A DNA stretch of 56,644 nucleotides, the filler included, from Sphacelaria rigidula (lineage: Eukaryota): assembly GCA_964200075.2 (NCBI GenBank). It is 3 parts of 3 records of this genome, joined end to end, with 100 filler letters (N's around TTAATTAATTAA, not from the genome) between each part and the next. Parts side by side here need not be neighbours in the genome. Positions count along the whole stretch, not along the records: positions 1 to 18,817 come from CAXNAA020000784.1; 2 more parts are not named here. One strand, written 5' to 3'. Both the position numbers and the translations under genes were made by a program. Positions 1 through 11,401 of the stretch are shown here, piece by piece. The notes under the pieces are model-generated. The model worked only from the letters and a program-made list of their open reading frames with translations, made no database searches and was not told the origin of the DNA. How positions within the stretch are numbered: the stretch's first letter is position 1; each line of letters begins with the position of its first letter.

Positions 1-53
1 GCCTCATTTTTCGTGCAACCAAATACCCCCCCCCCCCTATCGTAGGATGACTC
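1..53. mobile_element. Right end of a GAGTCATG-family MITE inserted in the Gypsy pol
   Basis: Ends cccccctatcgtaggatgactc, matching the right TIR of the copies at 38174-38438 and 45662-46039. Confidence 0.75.
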
Positions 54-54
54 A

Positions 55-3000
55 TTGAGAATGGGAAAAACCGTCCACCGTCTTCTTGACACCCTTTCGC
101 GCCCGCCGATTCTCGTCTTCTCCGACTGGTCGGCCGCGGAGCAGGGTTCCCGGCCTTTCCGGCTCCACACAGATTCTTCCAAAATTGGGTTTGGCTGCAC
201 ATTAGAACAGGAGCAAGTCGATGCTACTGTTCGTTCCATTGTCTATCTGAGTCGCACCACTTTTCCGAATGAACAGAACTGGTCTGTCATGGAACAAGAG
301 GCCGGCGCAGTTGTTTGGGGCGTGCGACGTCTGCGTCAATATTTGTATGACATCCCGTTTGTGATTTATACGGACCATCAAGTCTTTGGAAAGCCTTGCC
401 AAAATGGCGAGACACAACGCTAGGGTACAACGCTGGTTCGAAATCCTGTCGTCTTACAACTTCCATTTGAAATATCGCACAGGCCCGCAAAATGCAAACG
501 CCGACTTTCTGTCACTCCTGTCCACATCAGCTCAACCTATCGATGAATCCCCCATGGGACGTATCACCGATCCCACCGAAGACATTGTATATTTCATAAG
601 CAGGAATGGACATAGAGGTCTCTACACACCACTTTCATTGAGAGAAACGCCGGCTTTAGGCATGGGTGGGCTGACGACCACAGCCCACGCATTAGTTTCA
701 GGCAGCTTGCAACCTTAATCGTTGTACTCAGTTTGGTTTGGACTGTTTACGAATTGATTGATTGATTGCTTGACTGATTGTCGCACTTCAAGTGACCCCC
801 CAGGAGTTCAGCCGTGGTCTCGTGATAGATGTACCCAAGAAAAACGAAATTCAAACACGCTCGAAGGAAAAAACAAATAGATTCTGTTGGCTATGATTAT
901 TTTCGTGCAACTGGCCAGCGCATGGTTTTCGCAGCAGGTGTAGAACCGTCCTTTGCTGACGCCGTCTCACCGGTTCAAGTTCGAGATTTGATTTCGAGTA
1001 GGACTCGTGGACGGCGGACCGCCGAAACGGCCACCAAATTAGCCGTATCTGGTCCTGACTTTCTCCTCCCTGCGCCCACCCCGGTCCCCAGCAGTCTCCT
1101 TACGCCTCCTCAACCTCCACGACGCAAGGCTCCCAGAGAATCGACCCAGACCGTGCCGCCCCTGCTAACCACAGCCGCAACCACGGCGATGCCCCCCTCT
1201 CTTGGTGATGATATTGCAAACACCACCACAACACCCTCCACGCTAATCGACGCAGGAGTAGACGTTAACGTTCTGTCTGAGAGTACACCAACTGGTAGGC
1301 TCACTGTTGATTCCGAAACCACCGCTTCGTGCCAACCCCGCCCTGAACCGACCCAACATAAAGTAGACGCTTTAACCGATGACGTATTCAAGGAATGTTT
1401 GACTCTCTTCTCCCACGCCGATTGGGCCCGGGAACAACAGGGGGAACCTGCTTGTAAATCAGCTATCCATTATCTATTTAAAGGTTGCTCTTGTCCATTC
1501 TCAGAAACCGGTTTCCTTTTGTCAGTCGGGAACCTCTTAGCGCCCACACAGGATGAAGTTACTGAACTTTCAAGGAAAGGTATGCTGCGTACAGATGATG
1601 ATGATATAGTTCTGTTAGTTCCCCGGCCCACAGCAGCCCTTCCAGGGGGAAGCCTACAAGTCGACATGCCCGCTTGCTAGATGATGAATCCACCCACATA
1701 TATATCCCGATGCTCCTGCGCCCATGGGTTCTACACGAATGTCATTCACAGGCATCGACTCATTTAGGCGCCAGTAGGACCTCTCAGATGTTGGAACGTT
1801 TTTATTGGTGGATTTGTATGGATCAGTGTTGTCGCTGGTGGGTTCGGCGTTGTCTTTTGTGTCAGGCGCGAAAATTTTCTTGTCAAACAGTTCGTTGGCC
1901 AATTGTTTCCCTGCCACTCCCAAACGAGCCTGGTGAAGTAGTTTCGTGAGACTATTTTGGTCCTTTGCCCCTGATGGATAATGGCAATAGGTATATTTTG
2001 TTGTTTACGGATAGATTTAGTCGACATGCACTTATGCACGCTGCCCCCCCCAGTAGCTATAACGCGGGAGGTACCGCCAACATCTTGTCTACATCTACAT
2101 CCCACAGTGGGGTGTGCTCAAACGCTTACTGTCTGACAACGGCCCGCATTTTTCAGGCAAACGTTCAGCCGCCGTCAGTGACCTTTTGGGTGCCCGTCGC
2201 ATTTTTACTAGTTCACATCACCCTTCCACCAATGGTGGAATAGAACGAGTGAACCATACGATGGCACAGCTGCTTTCTGCTGTAGCAAATGAGAGACAGA
2301 TGGACTGGGATATGCACCTGCCCCTTGTTCAAATTAACTGCAACAACTGACTGCTGCCGAGATAGCCCCCCCAAAAAACCGGTCCAAAACGTGCACGTAG
2401 GCCATGATCATAACTGCCGTTGAAGCTGGTTTTATGCTGCACGACGCGACTGATTTGGGCGTTTTAGCTGATTTCGGACTGCTACACGCCTCTCATGTGG
2501 GCGAAATTGCTGCAAACGAGCCCAATAGNNNNNNNNNNAGTGGGATCGCAGCCGATTCGTTGGATGGTCTCTGGTGCACTTTTTGTGGGGGGGCTATCTC
2601 GGCATTAGTCAGTTCAGTCAATGCCGCTACGGGATTGTCACCGAATGAAATTCAATTGATCGCATGCCTAGGTCACCTCTAACCGTATTCGAACGCAAAA
2701 ATACAGGCGAACATCAGAGTCTGGATCGTGGTGTTGTAGAGTATCATTAGTCGATTAGCAATTGTCTTCGTCTTGCATATGAAGTGGTACGAGAACAGAA
2801 CCAAATCAATTTGGCCAAGGTGGCCAGGGCGAACTCAATGTTGGATGATTTGGTACATAACCGCCCGGTGTGGAAGGTAGGCCAATAGGCATGGGTGTAT
2901 AACGATGTGAAGACCATCTATGAAGGGGCTAGCTCGAAATCATCTTCTTTGGACAAAGTGTTGAAGGCGAAACTATCCTTGAATTGGACTGGTCCTTGGG

Positions 3001-3800
3001 AGATCTTAGCTGTTGGTCCAAGCGCTACCGCACCCGACAAGAGCCCGGTGGGAGCGAAACGTTTGTATTTGTATTTCCCCACGGATGAACCTGATTTGAA
3101 ACCGAAAAATCGCGCCTCGATGCTATGATGCAAACCATGTACCCCCCCCTTGACTCCTCTGACATGCCCAAACACCTGCCGCTAGGGCTCAGCCAGTATG
3201 TGTAGGCCAAGTATGCGATCAAAACTCCGCCGTATCATATGACGGTCGAGGAAGCGGACGCACCCCTGGAACGCGTTGAGGTAGATAGAATTTTGGGCCA
3301 TCAACTGGTTCGCGGTCGTGGAGGCAAGATCGCGGTAATGCATCAAACACATTGGAAGGGTATCATGCGTGTTACATGGGAGCGTGAAGTTGATTTGCGT
3401 CATTTTCGTCGGGAAATATTGCTGTACTGGGTAGGTGATACCGTCCAACACCGCCCGTTGAATAAGAGATATCGGTCGATGCGCAGGGGAGCTGCCGCTC
3501 GGGAACTAGCACGTAAACACTCAGCGCGGTTTGTTGTCACAGGTTATAGCCTTCTTTCGCGTTCACAATACATGCAGTCTTTTCACGGGCAACGCTTGCC
3601 GAAGGTGGCGTACTTTTGGTGTAAGGCCTTGGATTCACTGTGATGGTTGGGTAAAATTCATTTGGTCGATCCTGCATCTGGCCACTCCTACTTGATCGGT
3701 TTCCTCGATGACCCGAGCCCTCAAGATTCGCTTGGATGACACCTACTACACCGAGGTGCCGACCGCTCGGAGGGGATCCTGGTGCGTCCAATGACACGAC
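55..3800 (+). mobile_element. Degenerate Ty3/Gypsy LTR retrotransposon pol (RNase H, integrase, chromodomain-like); 5' part lies outside the window
   Basis: RNase H: PFRLHTDSSKIGFGCTLEQ...YLSR...EQEAGAVVWGVRRLRQYLYDIPFVIYTDHQ (55-423) and RVQRWFEILSSYNFHLKYRTGPQNANADFLS (386-718). Integrase HHCC: LHECHSQASTHLG...RRCLLCQARK (1674-1949). DDE core: DYFGPLP..NGNRYILLFTDRFSR, LSDNGPHF, HPSTNGGIERVNHT (1950-2350). Chromodomain-like: VDRILGHQ..HWKG..TWE (3239-3643). RNase H precedes integrase, the Gypsy order. Many stops and frameshifts. Confidence 0.93.
2349..2610. mobile_element. MITE (about 260 bp, contains an N gap) interrupting the integrase
   Basis: TIRs gactgctgccgagatagccccccc / gggggggctatctcggcattagtc, flanked by aact/agtt. 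Removing it restores integrase ...QINCNNSVNAATGLSPNEI. Confidence 0.85.
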
Positions 3801-5007
3801 CAAGGCGATCTCGAGAAAGCCGTTCTACGGAACACGGACACCGCTTGGGATGCACATGACTCATGATGCCGCATCCGAGTCCGCTTCCTCATTCACCTTG
3901 CGTAGTGTACGACGTTCGAGTCGCTTGTCTTGCACCGTAGCGTCGTTGGAAAACCATGTGTCCCCCCCCTGCATCCCCCTGCATCCCCCTGCATCCCCCT
4001 TCATTTTTTTTTCGAACTGACTAGCCCCGTACTTGTAGTGGTTGTATCTTGTATTTCGTATTCTGTTTTTGTCTTCGGTATTTTGTATTTTGTAGTTTTT
4101 TTCTTGTGTTTGTTTTGTTTTGGCTTTGGACCCTGCTTTTGTGTTGTTGTTTTTTTGCCTCTGCGTTATTTTGGTTTGATTTGTTTTTTGCCATTGTTTT
4201 TTTCTTCCCTTTTTCTTATCTTCTCTTTTCGCCTCGTGTTTTGTTTATGTTTTTTTTCTTGTGTCCGATGAGTAATCTTCATGGTTATTCCTGGGTTCAT
4301 CTGGCACAGTACAAGTGACGACCGTTCCATTCCTGACCCCGAGTCCGGAACCTTGAACCTCCGTCCTCCGCGCCGTACATTCACGACCATTCCATATACT
4401 GGTACAGTTGCCACGAGTTCTTCATTTCTTTATTTTTCTTCATTGTACGCACCTTTTGCCTTGCTTTGTTTATTATAGGGTTCAATTTTTATTTTGTCTG
4501 TCTTTTCGGTCGAAGGGTTTTCGGAGCAAGCGCTGGATATACCTGACCCCCTCGTCCGGAATAATTGCGCTCTTGCCCAATCGCTCCGTACACGCATACC
4601 GCCTCCCTCTTCGGGATCGGTCGTGACGTGTCTCTTTTTTGTGTGCGTACCACGTTGGGTCTTATATTAACATGAGCGATAGTAACCGAAGCCGAGTGTC
4701 TGAAATATTTTGACCTTCGTGGCTGAAACGTTTGACCCTACTTGCTTCGTACACACGATAGCCGCTCCCGTTTACAAGGCCGGCTGCCACGTATTGTTTT
4801 TCTGCTCCATGTTGCTGATATTTCGTTTTCGCTGTTGCCCAGCGTGCCCCTAGTTTGTATTTTTGGTTTTGGTTTCTGCGCCCATGTCGGCAATATCGCC
4901 ATGAGTGTTTCAACGTTCCTGACCCTCGAGTCTAGAACACTTGGCCTACTTTTTTGCCAGTCCTGCACACGTGTGACCGACCTCATTTATAGGAGGGTCA
5001 CGGGTAA

Positions 5008-6355
5008 TGCGACGCGATGATTTATACTTTTGTGATTGGTAAGTTACAACGAGGTCACCACTGCCCGCGTCATATATAGCGGTGTTGAAGATTTGTCATT
5101 GAAGTCGCGGTATAATCGGTTGCAAACGTCTCCTCACACAAGACCATTACGTATCATGATAAGGTAGATTGCTCTTCCGGAACTGTCCGTTCCATCATGT
5201 CGATATTCGACCATTGGTACAGCCTACAGGCTCAGAGTCCGCCACTCGCTATCTTTTTCTGTCACTTTTACCAGTTTTGTTTGTACAATTACCCGCCCCT
5301 GAAATCGGTCAGTGGTTTTTTGTTTGTATCAGGGAATATTGGACAAAGTAACGTGACGGTACGACCGGCTATGGTTTTTACTCCAGTTTGTGTCCGGGCC
5401 AGTCTCGTTTCAGTCCGGACGGGCAAATACTGTGAGGAGTGGGCTGCGTTGGCCCTCTCTGTCCTGTGTATTTGTTGTGGTTCAGAAATGTGTTACGCAA
5501 TCCGCCTCGGAACTACGTAGTAGGCCCGAAGGTTGTGTATTGACTCAATTACGTTTCTTTTGACGTGTACGAACACCTGCCCTCACAAACCGGTCGGTTG
5601 TTTCCGTATCTCGTCGTGTGAGAAAAACAAAATGCTGTACGACTGGTTCATCACCCAGACGTCCCAAGCAAGTCGTTGCTCTCACAAACATGTATGGACA
5701 ATGAACTCATGTCAAACGGGTTGATTTGTCCGTATCATGCTATATATATTTTGTTTTCAACGTGTGGTTACCGCGGGAAACTACCTTTTTCGCGACGAAA
5801 TCGGTTACACGTTGTTGGCTATTGCTGATTGACTGGGACGAGTGATTAGCATGAACTTGGTCATCGGAGTGATATAATGCCTCGGCGGGCTTGCTTGATT
5901 TTCTACCAGTGCCTAAATAAATCGGACATCCACACAAGAGTGAACTATTGTATTCATGATATAGTTATGGCAGGGTAGGATGATCGTTCGATGATAGGTC
6001 TCTGATTTCCTGTGGCTATCCCGGAAGTGCTCACGGTAATCTGAGGACACTGATTTTTTTGGTATATGGTTTCGATTGTTGATTTTTGATTTTTGTGATG
6101 TTTTTTGGAATTCCCATGGCTCCGTCTGAAATGCGGAACATAAGGACACTGAATTCTTGTATCGGTTCGATCTTTTTCCCCTCTGCTTTGTTTTTTTGTT
6201 CGTGTTTTTCTTGTTTCTTTGTGTTGGTCGTACCTTATCGCTCCCCAAATCGAAAAAATACTTGATGTTCAAAATGAGTCTTAGTTTCTGTGGTGTGGGA
6301 GTGGTGTGTCTCGATGCAACTTCGTTCCTTCTAAAAATGAACTTCACTTGTCACA
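5008..6355 (+). mobile_element. Possible 3' LTR of the first Gypsy element
   Basis: Purine-rich ataggagggtcacgggtaa is followed by tgcgac..., and the block ends ...gtcaca (TG..CA with an imperfect short IR). No second copy in the window to confirm it. Confidence 0.3.
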
Positions 6356-6499
6356 ATCCAGGGTGGGCTATTGTGATGGTATGTGACCGCGTGCGATAAT
6401 TAAACTAGTACAGTAGATTATCACGATCGTTTTATAAACGATCGGCGGGTATGAAAAGATCCTAGTCGAAAGTGTGCTTATATAAGGTAGATATTGGAT

Positions 6500-6890
6500 T
6501 GTTGTTATGGTTGATGCAGCTGCTTGAAGCTGGATACAGAGTTGTACCTGACTAGCCGCAGGCGTACGTCACTACTGACGCTTTGATTGGCCACAGCATG
6601 GCGCGTCAGGCTGATTTTGTAATATGACAGGGTTGTATGCGAGGCAGGGTAAGGGCGAACAGCGCGCTGACCATCGCCTGCCGAGTTCACTCGACCCACC
6701 GATCCGTCTGCAGGCATCTATTCTATATAAGAAGAGCTTTTCACACACCACCCACCACCATCGGTCTCTCCCGTCTACACGGTCGCGAGCCCACAACCTT
6801 GACGTGAGTCTCTAGCTGCGCTATACCATCACCCTTATCCACAGTTATTATTTGTGTTGAGGTTTTGGGCTGTGTGATTCTCCCCAAACA
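6500..6890 (+). mobile_element. Probable LTR of a different (possibly Copia-type) element
   Basis: Starts tgttg, ends aaaca, with an internal TATA-like ctatataaga near 6724. No partner LTR or TSD seen. Confidence 0.4.
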
Positions 6891-7969
6891 GCTAGTTGAT
6901 TGAAAGAGAAAGAACTCTCAGTTTGATATTTCAAGTTGAGCACAGGACTGGCGGCTTGTCATATTCTCTCTCTTGTGGGGTGCGACTTGCTCTGCTAGTG
7001 CATACTAAGACAGAGGCTTAAATGAACGAAACATGAGGTATTTACCCTACCCCCTGATCGGGGGGGGCAGGTCATTAATGCTCGGAATGCTTTATTGTCA
7101 TGGAAAAAGGATGTAACCTCAACGTGGTTCCCCTCGTGTCATTGTTTGCGCCCTTGGTGGATAGCTCCAAAGGGTATAAACGAGCCATGCATGTGTAAAC
7201 CAAATGGGGAGTTATGTGAAGTTGTTTCGATTTTAAGAGATCAAACCCAACCATGTACTTCTAGTTTACATTTCGACTTTGAATATGTGGGTGGTTGTTC
7301 CGGGGTGTACTGCTGAACATATCATTGTTTGATTAATATTACCCGCAGCGATGGATCACAGGACTGCATGAAGCCTGCAACAGTTGCTCGTCAACAGCTG
7401 TTGCTGGTGCCCGCCTACCAATTTCTATGTAGCTACTCATGAGTGTGATGGTCAACCCAGATCCACAACGATTGAGCGGCTATGAGTGAACCTGCATGCT
7501 AAAGTGTTTGCATGAGGCCACCAGACGGATGCCTCGTCTGTTTCCGTGGACCGTCTATACTTGTGCACGCTCTGACAATCAATTCGAAGATAACCGTCTA
7601 CATGTGCGTGCTCCGACAATCAATTCGAAGATGACCGTCTACGTGTGCGCGCTATGACCGTCCCCGGGAGGGCCTACATTCTTCTGGTCTTGAGAGTCCA
7701 TGGGTTCCACACATTCTTTTACCGAGATCCACACCGGAAATAATCTGATGAAAGTTGTTGGCTTGTAATGAACGACTCGTGTGTTTATCGTGGAGACTAT
7801 GCAAGTTGCCAAAATACAAGCCGGAACATCGAATGGGTGAACGAAAAAGTTGTGTGAACCAAATGTATGTATATATATATATATATATGCTTTCACCAGA
7901 CAGCGAATAAGCAGGATTTGATTGCACACAGGAAAATGGGCGAAGACAAAGGCTCAAGATGTCAAGACC

Positions 7970-8290
7970 ATGCTTGTCCGGACAGGTTAACAGGAAATCA
8001 GGATTCCCCTTCCTTGTCCGAACAGGTTGACAGAGAACCAAGAGCTCCCATGCTTGTCCGAACAGGTTGACAGGGAGCCAGGATTTTCCAATGCGCGTTC
8101 AAACAGGTTGACAGGAACTCAGGATTTCCCATCCGTGTCCGAACAGGTTGACAGAGGACCAAGAGTTCCCTTGCTTGTCCGAACAGGTTGACAGGGAATC
8201 AGAATTTCCCATCCGTGTCCGAACAGGTTGATAGGGAGCAAGGATTTGCCCATGCGTGTTCGAAGAAATTGACATGGAGCCAGAATTCCC
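7970..8290 (+). repeat. Tandem array of about 8 x 40 bp with core gtccgaacaggttgacag
   Basis: Core recurs near 7976, 8016, 8056, 8097, 8137, 8177, 8217 and 8258. A homologous array of about 6 units lies on the minus strand at 17270-17500. Confidence 0.9.
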
Positions 8291-8691
8291 GTTGCAGTCC
8301 ATGAAATCATACTTGACTGTCTCCGACACGTGATAACCCGGCCAAATACACGCGTGAACCTGTATTGTCCGGTCTTATTGCTGTTCCCTTCATTCTCCTT
8401 CCCCTTTATTTTGTTCGCTATTGTTACAGTGGTGAAGCGCTGCTATCCATGTTACTGCTTCCATCGTTTCTCACGCTGTTGATGACTAAGAACGTTTCCG
8501 CCAGACACCGCCCTCGTGACTCTTGGATCATGAAGATTGTAATACACTGCAATAAATTGTCCTTAATTCTTTCAATCGGTGTTTTTACATTCATGTGGCA
8601 CGTGCGTGTAGGTTTAACGTGTCGAGTATCGCACAGCTAGCCCCAGATTGGTAAAACATGAGTGGAAACCCCTTCAACCCTCGAGCCCAAC

Positions 8692-9132
8692 AACACGGGA
8701 TCTTACAAATTGGGGATGGATCTTTTATTGGGGATGAGAAACCCGGAAAATCAAATCTTTGTATCCACAACAAAGCTTCGAATTATGGTTTATTTCTTCA
8801 CCTACTAGTAGCTATCGACAACTACTGAACGCCATACAAATTTGGATTTTGATCACCGAAATTTTGGGGTCCTAGGTGAAAAGCCAAGTTTGGGGAATTC
8901 CGGGTGTCCGAACGGACGCCAAAATGGTTCCAGTATTGGTTTTTGAACTAGGGCCCCAAGATTTTGATAGTCGAAATCCAAATTTCTATGGCGTGTAGCA
9001 GTTGTCAATAGCAATCAGTAGGTGAAAACTGGAACCATATTTCGAAGATTTGGGGTGGAAACGAAGATTTTAATTCTCCGGGTTTCTCATCCCCAATAAA
9101 AAATCCATCCCCAATTTGTAAGATCTCGTGTT
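8692..9132. mobile_element. Foldback MITE (441 bp, TIRs about 190 bp, 4-bp TSD caac) inserted at the start of gag
   Basis: aacacgggatcttacaaattggggatgga... / ...tccatccccaatttgtaagatctcgtgtt, with caac at 8688-8691 and 9133-9136. Confidence 0.9.
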
Positions 9133-10561
9133 CAACCCTTCTACCCGGCGGAATACGTCCAACAGTCTCCCGTACGAGCACCTTCCCTTGCGGCAGCAGG
9201 TTGACGCACCTCCCGCGCAGCTGTAGGTTACCGCACTTCCTCAGTGGCATCAGTCTTTTATGCGTCCGCAACTGCAGCAATGTTTCTGCGCCACGACAAT
9301 AAGAGCAGTATTTTTGCGCCGTTGCAATAAAACGCCGCTGAGGTTCCGCAGATTAATTTGCTTAGTGATCCTGACCAACGATTTGCACAACTGGTCTTTT
9401 CTCCGTCTGTTTTCAGCGGATACTTCCAGTATCTGGGTCTCCGTTGACGTTGTTCATCCCAGGCCAGGCGCAACCAGCAGTGTACATATTCCATGCTCAG
9501 CTGCCGCCGCCGCTGCTGCCGCCTCTGTAGCACCGATCTAGGGACTAGGTTTCACCTAACCCGGTAGGTACGCATGCAAACTCATTGTATGGATCATTTC
9601 ACCTGTCCGGGGCTACCCCTGCTTCGAACGCCATTTTAGCCAAAGCGAGTAGGAACGATGCACAGCAGCTGTGGGGGAAAATTGAAGTTTGGTACCACAG
9701 CAAGGGTAGCCACCGCTCACCAGTAGGGGTGTTACTGGGCACCGGGGCAGGGGGGGGAGCTATGCATCGAAACAGTGGTGGAGGTTGTTGGTAACGTGGA
9801 GTAATATAGCGAATAAGTTGCAACGACTGGGAGCAGGAATTTTGAGGTCCGCTAACCCTAGTAACAGTAAGATACCTCCGATGAAGATTCTATGGTCAGC
9901 GGTAATTCCTACTCGTTTCCACACAGAGGATGAGTAAAGTATGTATGGGTCCGGGTAGTCCATGGATTATCATATGGATTTATTCCGGGAGCGAGTTTCT
10001 TCAGGAGAAACAAGACCACGTTATCTTTCGAAGGGAGATCGAGATTTCGGCCTTCGCCGGAGGCGCCGTGAGTACGGTTCGTGTCTCACAGCCCCCAAAA
10101 CTCGGATCTGTTACCTCACCAGCCAAGGAAATTCGGCAACTTTGGACCTCTTTGGTGCCGTCACGCGAAGCGCGCTCGGTGACGGCTCGACGGAGGGGTT
10201 GTCTGGTCGGAGCGAACTGGCAGCATCGAATGAGGTGTGGAAAAGCCTTGGAGTGGCGCGGGAGGACGATGCTACGCTGCAGTGGCTTCTGCATCCAACG
10301 GAGGACGTAAGCTCAGAAGGCTTCGCTAGCAAGCTAGTCCCGGGCTACGTGCGATCGACGCTAGCATGGGCAGCCGCCTGCGTCACGGTTCGGAAGAAGA
10401 ACGGGCGGTAGTTCACGACTATATCAAAATTATCGTGGACTGAACCAACTTCTGGAGTCATGCAGCAGCAGTTTGAGGGATATGCAGACCATGTGTAGTG
10501 GGCTAGCAGAATCCAAGTATTTTACGAGTGTTGATTTAGCGAATTGGGATTTCCAGTTGGA

Positions 10562-11401
10562 GGTGGAGGAAGTGTTTTGGCAGCCAAAGTGTTCGTGGAG
10601 ATGATACGCTGATGCGGACAGGAAGGCGTTGGGTTGTGTTGGAGTAAACCAGATTGGACAGGGGGTCAGGCTGGTACGTACGAGTCCGGGGCGCGGTTCT
10701 TTCCACGACCTTGTGGAAGAAGTGCATTAAGAAGTGTTGGTACGGGATACTAGTCGGGTTGCACCAATCGAACGGGCCGAGCCGGAGTCCGCGTTAGCCA
10801 GCGTCGCCAAAGAGTTTGTCGAGTCATTCCTCTCATCAACCTCTGTGATAACGCTGATCTTGGAGAGTATTGCTGTGATGGTGCGCTCTCCTGGTAGGAA
10901 CGAGCTTGTTGCCCCGTGTTAAGCGGAGCTGGGTGTCTCACTGAGCACGCCTCAGTCTCAGCCGTGCAGGTGGGCGCATCTTATCGGAAGAGACGGACCT
11001 ATGTGGTCGGCTTGAAAGCTGACCGTCGGAGGGAAGGACAACTGCAAGCGTGGAAGCAGCGAGTGGAAGCGTACACCATCGTCTGCCCCACTTTGGGTTA
11101 GCGATTAGGGCGAACAGGTATTTACTTTTCTGGTGCCGACAGGACAGGGCAAGGCGATTCACACTTCCGAGAATCCGATGCTCAGATTCTCTTAGCTGAC
11201 GAACGGGAAACCAAGGCGCGAGGAATCCATACCCCATGGGGCGGACACAGGTGGATAGGACGAAGCAGTCGAGCTGGAAAGAGACGGTTTGGTGAAAGTT
11301 GCGACTACTCTCAACTGTTACGAGACACCACCCCGATAAATAACGACGCCATGCCATAGATTGTGGCTAATTTTGTTCACCCGTAGATGATGAAGGCGGT
11401 T
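10562..11401 (+). pseudogene. Degenerate C5 cytosine DNA-methyltransferase-like domain within Gypsy pol
   Basis: Manual translation across frameshifts gives motifs in canonical order: I-III GGGSVLAAKVFVEMI../ADADRKALGCVGVN; IV position EVLVRDTSR (10731-10757, no PC); VI TLILESIAVM (ENV position 10863-10871); VII-VIII LSGAGC..ASVSAVQVGASYRKRRTYVVGL (to about 11013); IX ELERDGLVKVAT; X VANFVHP*MMKAV (11363-11401). Confidence 0.72.

Noticed and set aside
3930-4478. Phe/Leu/Val-rich membrane-protein-like ORFs (also 6157-6399)
   Set aside because: Produced by T-rich low-complexity retrotransposon 3' sequence.
7970-8290. CRISPR-like look: constant 18-bp core with more variable 22-bp intervals
   Set aside because: The intervals are homologous to each other rather than unique spacers, there are no cas genes, and the context is a eukaryotic retrotransposon.
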